Assembly (NCBI RefSeq): GCF_963921235.1
Contig: NC_086109.1
Coordinates: forward strand, 29,266,001-29,330,000
DNA from: Mobula hypostoma
Taxonomy: Eukaryota
Direction of reading: 5' to 3'
Length of the DNA: 64,000 nucleotides
Part shown: piece after piece, positions 38,309 through 49,675 of the stretch
How the letters are laid out: the number at the start of each line of letters is the position of its first letter
Position numbering within the stretch: the stretch's first letter is position 1
Translations under genes and position numbers: made by a program
The notes under the pieces: model-generated
What the model was told of the DNA's origin: nothing
The model's database searches: none
Seen by the model: only the letters and a program-made list of their open reading frames with translations

Positions 38309-40852
38309 TTTACAGACACATTGTGCAGTTTTGGCGAGTGCTTGCATATAATCGGCCACTGGTGGTATGTAAGCTGCAGTCAGGATCAGGGATAAGAACT
38401 CTCAAGGCAAGCAGAATGGTCTGCATTTAATTGTTAGTTGTTCTAAGTCAGGGGAACAAGAAGTTGACATAACCTCAACGTCCGTGCACCAATGAGAATT
38501 GACTAAAAAGCATACGCTGGCATCTCTTTCCTTACCCAAATTCGAGGCTCGACCGATACTGAAAATTGTAAAACCTTCTGGTCAGATAGCTGCACCTGGT
38601 GTGCTCGCTGTTAACCATGTCTCAATACAACAAACAATTGAGACCTGCCTTATCTGTCTCTGATACAGCAGCCTTGTCCTGAGATCGTCAATCTTATTTT
38701 CAATTGGCTGTATATTCGGTAACAAGATGGTAGACAGAGAAGGCCTTATCCCCCTGGTTCAAATCCTGACTTCCCTTCCGCATTTTCGGCCTTGGCCTTG
38801 GCATTGATCTTCAAAGGCACCATGCTTAACTCTTCCGCACTTAACCGTCGAATGTGAAATCTGAAGATCATTGATGTAATTTCATTGATGTCCTTTGTTA
38901 AGAGGAAATTTACATCCTGCAGATTGCAGTGAAATTAGTTCAAAAGGAGTATACAGTATTTAAGAGGAAAGTGGGTACAAATTCCTACAGCTTGCAGAGT
39001 TGCTGATCTACACTCTTGCCATCTTAATTCAGTCAGTGTCAAGTATTACACATTTCTGTTCTGTAAATCATCATAGTTCAGCAACATGTAAACTTGTAAT
39101 TAAAATTAAACCTATCTCTAAAAAACGGGTTTAGAAAACTACATTCATGTTGAGGAAGCATGCTCCTGAAAATTCTTTTTTTTTCCAAATCATATCTCTG
39201 ATCTTTGATATTTTAGAGCAATTTAAATATCTTGCTTTTACAGCCTTTACATGTGAGTCTATAGTTATACAGACATCTGTGAAATGAAGTTAGAATTTAC
39301 TTTCATTGTTGTGGATCATAACAGACCTGACACTGGAAAGTTCAGATATTCAAAATGCTCCACATATGGCACGGTTTAAATACTCCTGAAGAATTCCATT
39401 CCAAATAGGGTCATTGTCATATTAACCAGATCTCAAATGCATGATAGCAGCATCATCTGGTACTATACCGGAGACTGAACTGACAATGCAGGAGAGACTG
39501 AAAGGACTATCAAGGGTTAGCTGTCATCTAATTCATCCATCAGAAGCTGACAAGTTTGGGCCAGTTGTCCATTTTACAATGTATTTTATCAAAGGGAAGT
39601 GGAAGGGAAACAGGATTGGTGAAATACAAGCAATTAACTTGTGCCAGTTGGATTAAGTTACACATATCCTTCAGGAATAATGAAAAAATTAAATTGGATT
39701 ATACCTCTGGGAATTGGCTTCAGTGACCAGCTCACATGTAGTGGAATAATAGTTACCTAACTCTGTATTTACCAATGAGCACATATGAAAAACATCTAAG
39801 AGTATTTAAACAATTTCTAACTTTGGAAATTGTTTTGTGAATGGTTGGGCTGCCAAGGAGCTTGGACATGGTCCATGGAGTCTCACACACTGGACTCAGG
39901 GTCTGAATACACTACTGAAAGACATGCAACAGATGTGCGGCTATCTCAGGTTTTGGAAACAGAACTATCAAAGGGCATGGATTAGATGCCAACTTTTCAT
40001 TGTCATCACTATGACCACACACGAAAGCACAAAGCACCAGCTGAGGCTCACATGATTGAAAACAAAACGAATGTGTCAGTTGCTGCCGCAGAAATTAAGA
40101 GGATGTAATCTCTTCGCATGGAATAATTTTATCCCACTACACTTGGAAAGCCTTCGCAGGCTGCCAAGTAATGATCACCATTTTACTTAAAAGAACAGCC
40201 TAATCGGACCTGAACACAGAATTTAGTAACATCATCTTCTACTGTATATTCTAGGCAACAACATCAAAAAATTCAGTAAGATGTGCCATTTTGTTTTGTC
40301 CTCCATAAACTTTAAGAAGCACTGAAACATGAAACGACTGATACAAAATGATGAACAAGAGAAAATCTGCAGATGATGAGACTACCTTCTTGGAGCTTTA
40401 GTTCCCTTTTTATTCTATTGAAGACTGAGGCTTTCCTGTTAAAGCTTTATAGATAGACAAGGTATTCACATCTAATTAAATTTTCCTGCATTAAACCAGG
40501 GACAAATTCACTTTTCATCACCTACCTTTCTTAAAAAGTAAAATTATATTTACCGATGGTATCATCAAATCAAAATACTCAGATATGCTCAGAACATTTT
40601 GCATTCCATTTTGCTTTTCACTAGTACTACCACGATGTACATAAGTTTTGAAATAAACTGTGTGGACCACTTGTAAAACTAGTTTTTCAATGCATCTCGG
40701 TACATGTAATAATAATAATGATAGTAATAATTTATTTATAAATACTTTTCATACAGACAATGTAGTTCAAAGTGCTTTATAATGGGACAAAGTGCAAACA
40801 TGAAAATAAAAGATAAAGAGATGTTAGTTAAAAGCAAGGTTAAATAAAAAAA

Positions 40853-41445
40853 TAAACAGAAGAAAATCTGCAGATGCTGGAAATTCAAGCAACACGCCCA
40901 AAATGCTGGTGGAACGCAGCAGGCCAGGCAGCATCTATAAGACTGAATCTACAGGCAGCATTTCGGGTCAAGACTCTTCATCAGGACTAACGGAAAAAAG
41001 AGATAGTAAGAGATTTGAAAGTGCGAGGGGGAGGGGGAGACCCGAAATGATAGGAGAAGACAGGAGGGGGAGGGATGAAGTCAAGAGCTGGGAAGTTGAT
41101 TGGCAAAAGGGATACAAGGCTGGAGAAGGGGGAGGATCATGGGACAGAACACCTTGGAAGAAAAAAGGAGGGAGGGGAGCACCAGAAGAAGATGGAGAAC
41201 AGGCAAGGAGTTATTGTGAGAGGGAAAGAGAGAGAGAAAAAAAAATAAATTAGGGATGGGGTAAGAAGGGGAGGAGGGGCGTTAACGGACATTAGAGAAA
41301 TCAATGTTTATGCCATCAGGTTGGAGGCTACCGAGTCGGAATATAAGGTGTTGTTCCTCCAACCTAAGCGTGGCTACATCTCGACAGTAGAGGAGGCCAT
41401 GGATTGACATATCAGAATGGGAATGGGACGTGGAATTAAAATGTA
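40853..41445 (-). mobile_element. Penelope 3' fragment (GIY-YIG C-terminus plus pseudo-LTR with degenerate hammerhead at 40953-40988)
   Basis: Reverse complement aligns with 14687-15280 (HGLLYC...RLEEQHLIFRLGSLQPDG). Confidence 0.92.
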
Positions 41446-41821
41446 TGAGGTTTTAAAAAGGTTTTGAACTTGCGTTTGCAAGTGTCCACTGAGTCTGCAT
41501 CCCTTATAGTTGTATGTATTGAGTTCCACAGTTAAGGAGCATAGTTCAAAAAAGCTCACCTGCCAATTATCTTTTCGAGGAAGATCATTTAAATTTAAGA
41601 AACTGGTGGAAGAAGACCTGAGAGCTCAAGCAGGATTATAAAATGAACACGATTCTATGATGTTTTCCATTCCCCGACTATTGAGAGTTTTAAAAACAAG
41701 TCAGAGAAATTTAAAATCAATTCTAAAAGATTCAGGAACCAAATCCAGAGTAGTTAGGATGGAAGTGATATGCTCCCTCACCTTAGTTTTAGTTAAAAGC
41801 CTAGCAGCAGCATTCTGAATA

Positions 41822-42503
41822 AGGGAGGAGGAGGAGATGGCAGCGCGATGGCAGCGTGTGCGGCCACTTTGTTGATGATGTCTGTTCTCTGTCAAGTAGG
41901 GGACCGTGCACAATCCTGATGTGATGGAGACGGACGTGACAGTACGGAGGAACATCTGGAAAACTTCTGAAATGCCCGCTTCGCTGCCGCTGCTACTGTG
42001 TGACCGGAATCTCCAGAGCAAAAGGCCCTGAAATCCTCGGCTTTGCGGGTTTCAGCAGCCAGGGTGAGGTTGAAGGCGCTCGGCAGAGGATGGCTCTCGG
42101 GAGGCTGTATCAGAGAGGCTGGTCGGAAGCTCGAAGTTTTCGGACAGACAGACTCAGTGTCGGCTATGGTCGGCTGCTTCCAAGGCATCGGCAAGTTGAC
42201 GGTGCCTGGAGTTTTATGGCAGAGAGTTTCTCCCTTTTGCCGTGTGCTATCGGGGACTCGGGAGTCGATCGACTCAGAAACTGTTGAGACTTTATTTACC
42301 ATGCCCATGGTTTGTTCTTCATCAAATTATGGTATTGCTTTGTACTGCTGTAACTATATGTTATAATTATGTGGTTCTGTCAGTGTTAGTCTTTGGTTTG
42401 TCCTGTTTTCTGTGATATCACTCCAGAGAAACATTGTATCATTTCTTAATGCATAGGTGCATTTCTAAATGACAATAAAAGAGGACTGAGTGTTCTCATA
42501 ATC
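41822..42503 (+). mobile_element. ~680-bp non-coding LINE-dependent element, copy 2
   Basis: Colinear with the reverse complement of 37640-38308; splits the L2 sequence ELQL/IQNAAA. Confidence 0.85.
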
Positions 42504-43293
42504 TGAAGTTGAAGTTCGTCAATAGATTGCTTTGGAAGGCCTGTAAAAAGTGCATTGTACTAATCTAGTCTATTCAATATAAAGGCGTGAATTAGTTTTA
42601 CAGCATTGTTATGTGATATATTTCTTTAGTATAGAAATGCTACTTGGGTCACTTTCTTTTTGTGGCATTTAAAATTCGTCTCTGGAGCAAGGATAACATC
42701 TAGATACTTCTGATTTTACAAGGGGAGCCAAACTCCTATGCTTATCAAGAAGTTTATCAAAAGTATTTCAGTTTATCTTCATTTAGTTTTAGAAAATTAT
42801 TGTTCATGTATTGGTGTATTGCAGTCATACCAGAAGTCAGAGAAGGTAGGGTATTATCATCATCAGGTTCAATCAAGATATACAACTGTGTGTCATCTGC
42901 ATAACTAGGGAGGTCAAGTGCGTACACTCTAATGACTTCTCCTAAGGGGAGCATGTATAAGGAGAAGAGGGGACCAAGACAGCTTCCCTGAGCAACATCA
43001 AAAAGTACATTGTATCTCTTAGAAAATTGGTCTCCAAGACAGACAAAAAAATTTCTCTCCAAGATACATGTATGTGAGCAGAACCAGTTAAGGACTCTAC
43101 CAGAGAGGACAACCTAGTCTGCAAGGTGATCTAGGAGAATGCTGTGGTCAATTTTGTCGAAGGCAGCACTTAGATCTAGAAGAGTTTGAACTAAGACCCT
43201 GTTAGCATCAGTGCTGATTCTAAGGTCATCGACAATTTTTGGTAAGGGCAATCTCCACGCTGTGATTTGCCCTAATATCTGACTGAAACTTTT

Positions 43294-43440
43294 TTCCCAG
43301 TCCTGATGAAGGATCTCTGCCTGAAAAGTCAACTGTCTATTCTTTTCCATAGATGCTGCATGACCTGCTGAGTTCCTCCAGCATTTTGTGTGCAATACTC
43401 TGGATTTCCAGCACTGCAGAATCTTTTGTGTTTATGAATC
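43294..43440 (+). mobile_element. Solo Penelope pseudo-LTR piece with hammerhead motif (43298-43335)
   Basis: cagtc-ctgatga-aggatctctgcct-gaaa-agtc-aactg then gatgctgcatgacctgctgagttcctccagcattttgtgtg; splits L2 ILE/KFQS. Confidence 0.8.
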
Positions 43441-45209
43441 TCTTCTAGAATATTGTTCTCATTCAGAAAGTTTTTGAGTTGGTTGAATTGCTGCTATTCT
43501 TTGTAATAATATTGGAAAACTGGGCTCTTCTTGTACAGCATATAACAGTGTTAATGGAAATTAGTTTTTCCTTGAAAATATTATGGTGGACGTCTTGTCC
43601 AGTTTTCCTTAATTTTCTCTCAGGATGATCTTTTGAGCTCACAGTCAGAATTGTTTAACCATGACAACATTTTACCATGTGATTTCTTTTTAACCCTAAG
43701 TAGGCCACTGTGTTTAATATATTTGTCAAGTTATTGTAGAAAGAATCAACCATTTCGTTTACTGAGCAGTTTAGCTCAGGTGGGTCAGATAAACTAGCCA
43801 GCTCAGAGAATATAGCATATGACAATAATGAACAAATTCCAATTCTAAACAAGATGGAATAGAAGCAAGACTGCAAAAGAAATGGTCAATGTTTTTACTC
43901 AGCTCATCTCAAATACCATTGTCTAGTGCAAATAGTAACAAAACAGTGACTAAAATTTCTTTAAATGGAAAAGAACTTTCTATGTAAATGTCATTGTTCT
44001 CTGAATAGTTTCAGATTTTCCATGATGTGCAGAAAGTCTTCCTTGTATCAGCTCACACATTCATAGTCATCAGCACTGTCACATGTTGCTATTTTTTGTT
44101 TTACTATCAAGTCCGGGAATTTCTTTACAATAACAAAATGTTATCTTTGATTCAGAATCCTCACGAGACAAGAGTAATGTGTATGCTTCATAATCATAAC
44201 GCAGCGATAAGCCTGTTTAGAAATCAGCAAACACCATAGACAATCTGGGAGACAGTAAAAAATCAGCCTTTAATAGGGTAAATTGATCTACTTAATTCTA
44301 CTGCTGCTTTTCTTCTTTGTACAAGTAATGAATTTTATATCCTTGGCCATTTATGTGAAGTAGCTGGAGATCCAAATTAAAATTGGAGATTCAGATAATG
44401 TCATTTTATCAGCAAAATGGTGCTTTTGAATTACACTGTAGTCAAAATAAGATTACTGTCCTTTGATAATGTTTTCCAATAAACATCATAGATGATTTCA
44501 TCTGGATCTTTGGCACTGTAATAAATCATTGTAAAATATTTAACGTATGTAAACACTGTAAGAACCAAATGAATCATGTGAATTTTCACCAATATTAGAA
44601 ACTGGAGTAATTAACTCTACATGCAAGAATGAGACTTCTAAAAACTAAACCGTCAACAAATTCATCCTTATTCAGCAACACCAAACATGTAGTGTTGTGC
44701 ATTTTACCTTGCTTACAAACTTTACTCTTCAATGCGATAACATCTTGGAAGCAGGTTATAGTATTTTGAAATTAATATAAACTACATTTAGAATCACTGA
44801 CCAGGAGTGCTGTTCTGGGCAAAGGTTTATTGATAATAATCTGTCATCCAGTGAATAAGAGACAGGCCTGGATTTATATCTGGGCTCACAGTCCAAGGTA
44901 CAACTTAGTCAACTTACTCATAAAACTAAGTCTGTCCAAAGATCAGAGGAAGCAAAAGTCTAGCAGGCACTGGAACAACTTCTCCCAATTGAGCAGGATC
45001 ATTTCTCCAGAAGAAATGCCATAAAGGGGACAATTGCAATCGGCATGGTAACGTAATGGTTAGCAAAACTCTTTACAAAAACTGTCTGTAAGATCAGGTT
45101 CGATTCCCGTCACTGTCTGTAAGGAGCTTATAAGTTCACCCATTGATGCTGTGGGTTTCTGGATACTCGGTTTCCTCCCACATTCCAAAGATGTAAGGTT
45201 AGGGTTAGT

Positions 45210-45869
45210 GAATCGTAAACACAAAATATTCTGCAGATGCTGGGGTCAAAGCAACATGCACAAAACGCTGGAGGAACTCAGCAGGTCGGGCAGCATCTGT
45301 GGAAATAAGCAGTCAACATTTTGGGCCGAGACCCTTCATCAGGACTGAAGAGGGAGGGGGCAGGGGCCCTATAAAGAAGATGGGGGAAGGGTGGGAAGGA
45401 GAAGGCTGGTAGGTGCCAGGTGAAAAACCAGTAAGGGGAAAGATCAAGCTGCCTATCACCTCCCTCATGATTCCGCTTCCTTCTACTATGCATTGTGCTT
45501 TCCCCTATTTCTATTTCCCCTATTCCTTCTTCACCTATCCCCGAGGTGCTGCCCGACCTGCTGAGTTCCTCCAGCATACTGTAAGTGTTGCTTTGGTCCC
45601 AGTATCTGCAGATTATTTTGTGCTTACGATTCGTTACTCACCTATCTCCTCCCTGCTCGCCCTCCCTGACCCCTTGATCTTTCCCCTTACTGGTTTTTCA
45701 CCTGGCACCTACCAGCCTTCTCCTTCCCACCCTCCCCCCCACCTTCTTTATAGGGCCCCTGCCCCCTCCCTCTTCAGTCCTGACGAAGGGTCTCGGCCCG
45801 AAATGTTGACTGTTCGTTTCCACGGATGCTGCCCGACCTGCTGAGTTTCTCCAGCATTTTGTGCGTGTT
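45210..45869. mobile_element. Non-coding Penelope pseudo-LTR fold-back element with two hammerhead motifs in opposite orientation
   Basis: ~195-bp inverted repeat 45253-45448 vs 45673-45869; third partial pseudo-LTR at 45545-45632; motifs at 45310-45347 (-) and 45775-45812 (+). Confidence 0.88.
45775..45812 (+). ncRNA. Minimal type-I hammerhead ribozyme motif
   Basis: CAGTC-CTGACGA-aGGGtctcggCCC-GAAA-T-GTT-GACTG; perfect 5-bp stem I, stem II GGG/CCC; CGTC appears decayed to TGTT. Confidence 0.7.
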
Positions 45870-46419
45870 AGGGTTAATGAGTTGTGGGCATGCTCTGTTG
45901 ACACTGGTAGAATGATGACACTTGCAGGCTACCCAGCACAGTCCTCGCAGATTTGATTTGATGCAAACAACACATTTCACTGTAGGTTTCAATGTACATG
46001 TGACAAATGAAGCTAATCCTTCACATCTCTCTTAAATTATGTGCATAAAATCATTCTCAGTCATCCTTACTGTGGATGGGACTAGCATTAATTTCTAGGG
46101 GCATATTTTAGCTTTCTTTTAACTGCATGGAAAATTTGTGGTAGTTGTATCAGCCTTCCGTTGTATCCAAGACAAATTCAACGAGTGGTGCCTCGAAAAG
46201 GCGGCATCCATCATTAAGGACACCCATCACCCAGGATCTGCCCTGTTTTTATTGTTACCATCTGGAAAGAGGTACAGAAGCCTGAAGACACACACTCAAC
46301 GATTCAAGAACACCTTCTTCCCCTCTGCCATCCAATTTCTGAATTTCTGACATTGAACCCGTAAGCACCACCTCATTACTTTTTAATTTCTTTTCTTGCA
46401 CAATTTATTTAATTTAACA

Positions 46420-46454
<35 letters not shown>

Positions 46455-46530
46455 GGCATGTGACCAAGTGGTTAAGGCATTGGACTGGCAACCTGAAGGT
46501 CGTGAGTTCGAGCCCCAGCCGAGGCAACAT

Positions 46531-49350
46531 AGAAACATAGAAACATAGAAAATAGGTGCAGGAGTAGGCCATTCGGCCCTTCGAGCCTGCACCGCCATTC
46601 AGTATGATCATGGCTGATCATCCAGCTCAGAACCCTGTACCAGCCTTCCCTCCATACCCGCTGATCCCTTTAGCCACAAGGGCCATATCTAACTCCCTCT
46701 TAAATATAGCCAATGAACTGGCCTCAACTGTTTCCTGTGGCAGAGAATTCCACAGATTCACCACTCTATGTGTGAAGAAGTTTTTCCTAATCTCGGTCCT
46801 AAAAGGCTTCCCCTTTATCCTCAAACTGTGACCCCTCATTCTGGACTTCCCCAACATCGGGAACAATCTTCCTGCATCTAGCCTGTCCAATCCCTTTAGG
46901 ATCTTATACGTTTCAATCAGATCCCCCCTCGATCTTCTAAATTCCAACGAGTACAAGCCCAGTTCATCCAGTCTTTCTTCATATGAAAGTCCTGCCACCC
47001 CAGGAATCCATCTGGTGAACCTTCTTTGTACTCCCTCTATGGCAAGGATGTCTTTCCTCAGATTAGGGGACCAAAACTGCACACAATACTCCGGGTGTGG
47101 TCTCACCAAGGCCTTGTACAACTGCAGTAGTACCTCCCTGCTCCTGTACTCGAATCCTCTCGCTATAAATGCCAGCATACCATTCGCCTTTTTCACCGCC
47201 TGCTGTACCTGCATGCCCACTTTTAATGACAGGTGTATGATGACACCCAGGTCTCGTTGCACCTCCCCTTTTCCTAATGGGCCACCATTCAGATAATAAT
47301 CTGTTTTCCTGTTTTTGCCACCAAAGTGGATAACTTCACATTTATCCACATTAAATTGCATCTGCCATGAATTTGCCCACTCACCCAACCTATCCAGGTC
47401 ACCCTGCATCCTCTTAGCATCCTCCTCACAGCTAACACTGCCACCCAGCTTCGTGTCATCCGCAAACTTGGAGATGCTGCATTTAATTCCCTCATCCAAG
47501 TCATTAATATATATTGTAAACAACTGGGGTCCCAGCACTGAGCCTTGCGGTACACCACTAATCACTGCCTGCCATTCTGAAAAGGTCCCATTTATTCCCA
47601 CTCTTTGCTTCCTGTCTGCCAACCAATTCCCTATCCACATCAATACCTTACCCCCAATACTGTGCGCTTTAGGTTTGCACACGAATCTCCTGTGTGGGAC
47701 CTTGTCAAAAGCCTTTTGAAAATCCAAATATACTACATCCACTGGTTCTCCCCTATCCACTCTACTAGTTACATCCTCAAAAAATTCTATGAGATTTGTC
47801 AGACATGATTTTCCTTTCACAAATCCATGCTGACTTTGTCCGATGATTTCACCGCTTTCCAAATGTGCTGTTAGCACATCTTTGATAACTGACTCTAGCA
47901 GTTTCCCCACCACCGATGTTAGGCTAACCGGTCTATAATTCCCTGGTTTCTCTCTCCCTCCTTTTTTAAAAAGTGGGGTTACATTAGCCACCCTCCAATC
48001 CTCAGGAACTAGTCCAGAATCTAAAGAGTTTTGAAAAATTATCACTAATGCATCCACTATTTCTTGGGCTACTTCATTAAGCACTCTGGGATGCAGACCA
48101 TCTGGCCCTGGGGATTTATCTGCCTTTAATCCCTTCAATTTACTTAACACCACTTCCCTACTAACATGTATTTCCCTCAGTTCCTCCATCTGACTGGACC
48201 CTCTGTCCCCTACTATATCCAGAAGATTATTTATGTCCTCCTTAGTGAAGACAGAACCAAAGTAATTATTCAATTGGTCTGCCATGTCCTTGCTCCCCAT
48301 AATCAATTCACCTGTTTCTGTCTGTAGGGGACTTACATTTGCCTTAACCAATCTTTTTCTTTTCACATATCTATAAAAGCTTTTACAGTCAGTTTTTGTG
48401 TTCCCTGCCAGTTTTCTCTCATAATCCTTTTTCCCCTTCCTAATTAAGCCCTTTGTCCTCCTCTGCTGAACTCTGAATTTCTCCCAGTCCTCAGGTGAGC
48501 CACTTTTTCTGGCTAATTTGTATGCTTCTTCTTTGGAATTGATACTATCCCTAATTTCCCTTGGCAGCCACGGGTGCACTATCTTCCTTGATTTATTCTT
48601 TTGCCAAACTGGGATGAACAATTGTTGTAGTTCATCCATGCAACCTTTAAATGCTTGCCAATGCATATCCACCGTCAACTCTTTAAGTGTCATTTGCCAG
48701 TCTATCTTAGCTAATTCATGTCTCATACCTTCAAAGTTACCCTTCTTTAAGTTCATAACCTTTGTTTCTGAATTAACTATGTCACTCTCTATCTTAATGA
48801 AGAATTCCACCATATTATGGTCACTCTTACCCAAGGGGCCTCTCACGACAAGATTGCTAATTAACCCTTCCTCATTGCTCAATACCCAGTCTAGAATAGC
48901 CTGCTCTCTAGTTGGTTCCTCGACATGTTGGTTCAAAAAACCATCCTGCATACATTCCAAGAAATCCTCTTCCTCAGCACCCTTACCAATTTGGTTCACC
49001 CAATCTACATGTAGATTGAAGTCACCCATTATAACTGCTCTTCCTTTATTGCACACATTTCTAATTTCCTGTTTAATACCATCCCCAACCTCACTACTAC
49101 TGTTAGATGGCCTGTACACAACTCCCACCAGCGTTTTCTGCCCCTTAGTGTTATGCAGCTCTACCCATATCGATTCCACATGTTCCCGGCTTATGTCCTT
49201 CCTTTCTATTGCGTTAATCTCCTCTCTATCCAGCAACGCCACCCCACCTCCTTTTCTTTCATGTCTATCCCTCCTGAATATTGAATATCCCTGAATGTTG
49301 AGCTCCCATCCTTGGTCACCCTGGAGCCATGTCTCCGTGATCCCAACTAT
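46531..49350 (-). mobile_element. Young 5'-truncated CR1 LINE
   Basis: (ttctatgt)n tail, short 3'UTR and uninterrupted ORF2. Confidence 0.97.
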
Positions 49351-49374
49351 GTGTTGTGTCCTTGAGCAAAGCAC
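46627..49374 (-). CDS. CR1 ORF2 (APE endonuclease plus reverse transcriptase), open for ~907 codons but missing its N-terminus; first 8 codons come from the SINE
   Basis: IVGITETWL, GVVYRP, IMGDFN, LDWVL, SDH; QHGF, YLDFQKAFDKV, GVPQGSVLGP, KFADD; no internal stop; track start is a GTG in SINE sequence. Confidence 0.85.
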   Translation of the reverse strand: MLCSRTQHIVGITETWLQGDQGWELNIQGYSIFRRDRHERKGGGVALLDREEINAIERKDISREHVESIWVELHNTKGQKTLVGVVYRPSNSSSEVGDGIKQEIRNVCNKGRAVIMGDFNLHVDWVNQIGKGAEEEDFLECMQDGFLNQHVEEPTREQAILDWVLSNEEGLISNLVVRGPLGKSDHNMVEFFIKIESDIVNSETKVMNLKKGNFEGMRHELAKIDWQMTLKELTVDMHWQAFKGCMDELQQLFIPVWQKNKSRKIVHPWLPREIRDSINSKEEAYKLARKSGSPEDWEKFRVQQRRTKGLIRKGKKDYERKLAGNTKTDCKSFYRYVKRKRLVKANVSPLQTETGELIMGSKDMADQLNNYFGSVFTKEDINNLLDIVGDRGSSQMEELREIHVSREVVLSKLKGLKADKSPGPDGLHPRVLNEVAQEIVDALVIIFQNSLDSGLVPEDWRVANVTPLFKKGGREKPGNYRPVSLTSVVGKLLESVIKDVLTAHLESGEIIGQSQHGFVKGKSCLTNLIEFFEDVTSRVDRGEPVDVVYLDFQKAFDKVPHRRFVCKPKAHSIGGKVLMWIGNWLADRKQRVGINGTFSEWQAVISGVPQGSVLGPQLFTIYINDLDEGIKCSISKFADDTKLGGSVSCEEDAKRMQGDLDRLGEWANSWQMQFNVDKCEVIHFGGKNRKTDYYLNGGPLGKGEVQRDLGVIIHLSLKVGMQVQQAVKKANGMLAFIARGFEYRSREVLLQLYKALVRPHPEYCVQFWSPNLRKDILAIEGVQRRFTRWIPGVAGLSYEERLDELGLYSLEFRRSRGDLIETYKILKGLDRLDAGRLFPMLGKSRMRGHSLRIKGKPFRTEIRKNFFTHRVVNLWNSLPQETVEASSLAIFKRELDMALVAKGISGYGGKAGTGF

Positions 49375-49596
49375 TTAATCACACATTGTTCTGCGACGAC
49401 ACTGGTGCCAAGCTGTATGGGTCCTAATGCCCTTCCCTTGGACAACATTGGTGTCGTGGAGAGGGGAGACTTGCAGCATGGGCAACTGCTGGTCTTCCAT
49501 ACAACCTTGCCCAGGCCTGCGCCCTGGAGAGTGAAGATTTTCCAGGGGCAGATCCATGGTCTCACAAGTCTAACAGATGCCTTTACTTTACTTTAC

Positions 49597-49672
<76 letters not shown>
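49597..49672. repeat. Compound (TA)n(TG)n microsatellite
   Basis: Seen directly; a partner (TA)n lies at 46423-46451. Confidence 0.98.

Positions 49673-49675
<3 letters not shown>

Larger units (their letters stand above)
34951..39028 (-). mobile_element. Apparently full-length decayed Rex1/Babar LINE with two nested insertions
   Basis: 5' end aagatggc near 39025; APE remnants (NKIDDLR, CCIETWL, AYIPP); [34 protein letters not shown]; tail (ttgaact)n at 34951-34975. Confidence 0.88.
40712..43800 (-). mobile_element. L2 LINE RT/3' portion, decayed, with three nested insertions
   Basis: LLDLSAAFDKIDH, VAQGSCLGPLFSLYMLPLG, YADDTQLY, IQNAAARLLTKTK.REHIT, LWNSI; L2-type tail at 40712-40780. Confidence 0.9.
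45040..46020 (+). mobile_element. tRNA-headed V-domain SINE split by a Penelope fold-back insert
   Basis: A/B-box-like ggtaacgtaatgg and ggttcgattccc; V domain gtgggtttc...cggtttcctcccacattccaaaga; resumes at 45867; duplication gttagggtta(g/a)tga at 45198-45211 / 45867-45880. Confidence 0.8.
46451..49596 (+). mobile_element. Second tRNA/CORE SINE copy, split into 46451-46530 and 49349-49596 by CR1
   Basis: The halves join as gaggcaacat|gtgttg as in the intact copy at 35815-36132; (cttta)n tail; (TA)n on both flanks. Confidence 0.92.

Noticed and set aside
48518..49294. 258-aa plus-strand ORF and other long antisense ORFs (45413..45844, 47315..47719, 54057..54476)
   Set aside because: Shadow frames of CR1 or pseudo-LTR sequence with no independent protein features
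49351..49374. Start of the 915-aa ORF as a real SINE-CR1 fusion protein
   Set aside because: The start is a GTG in antisense SINE sequence with no promoter evidence, and the APE N-terminus is missing
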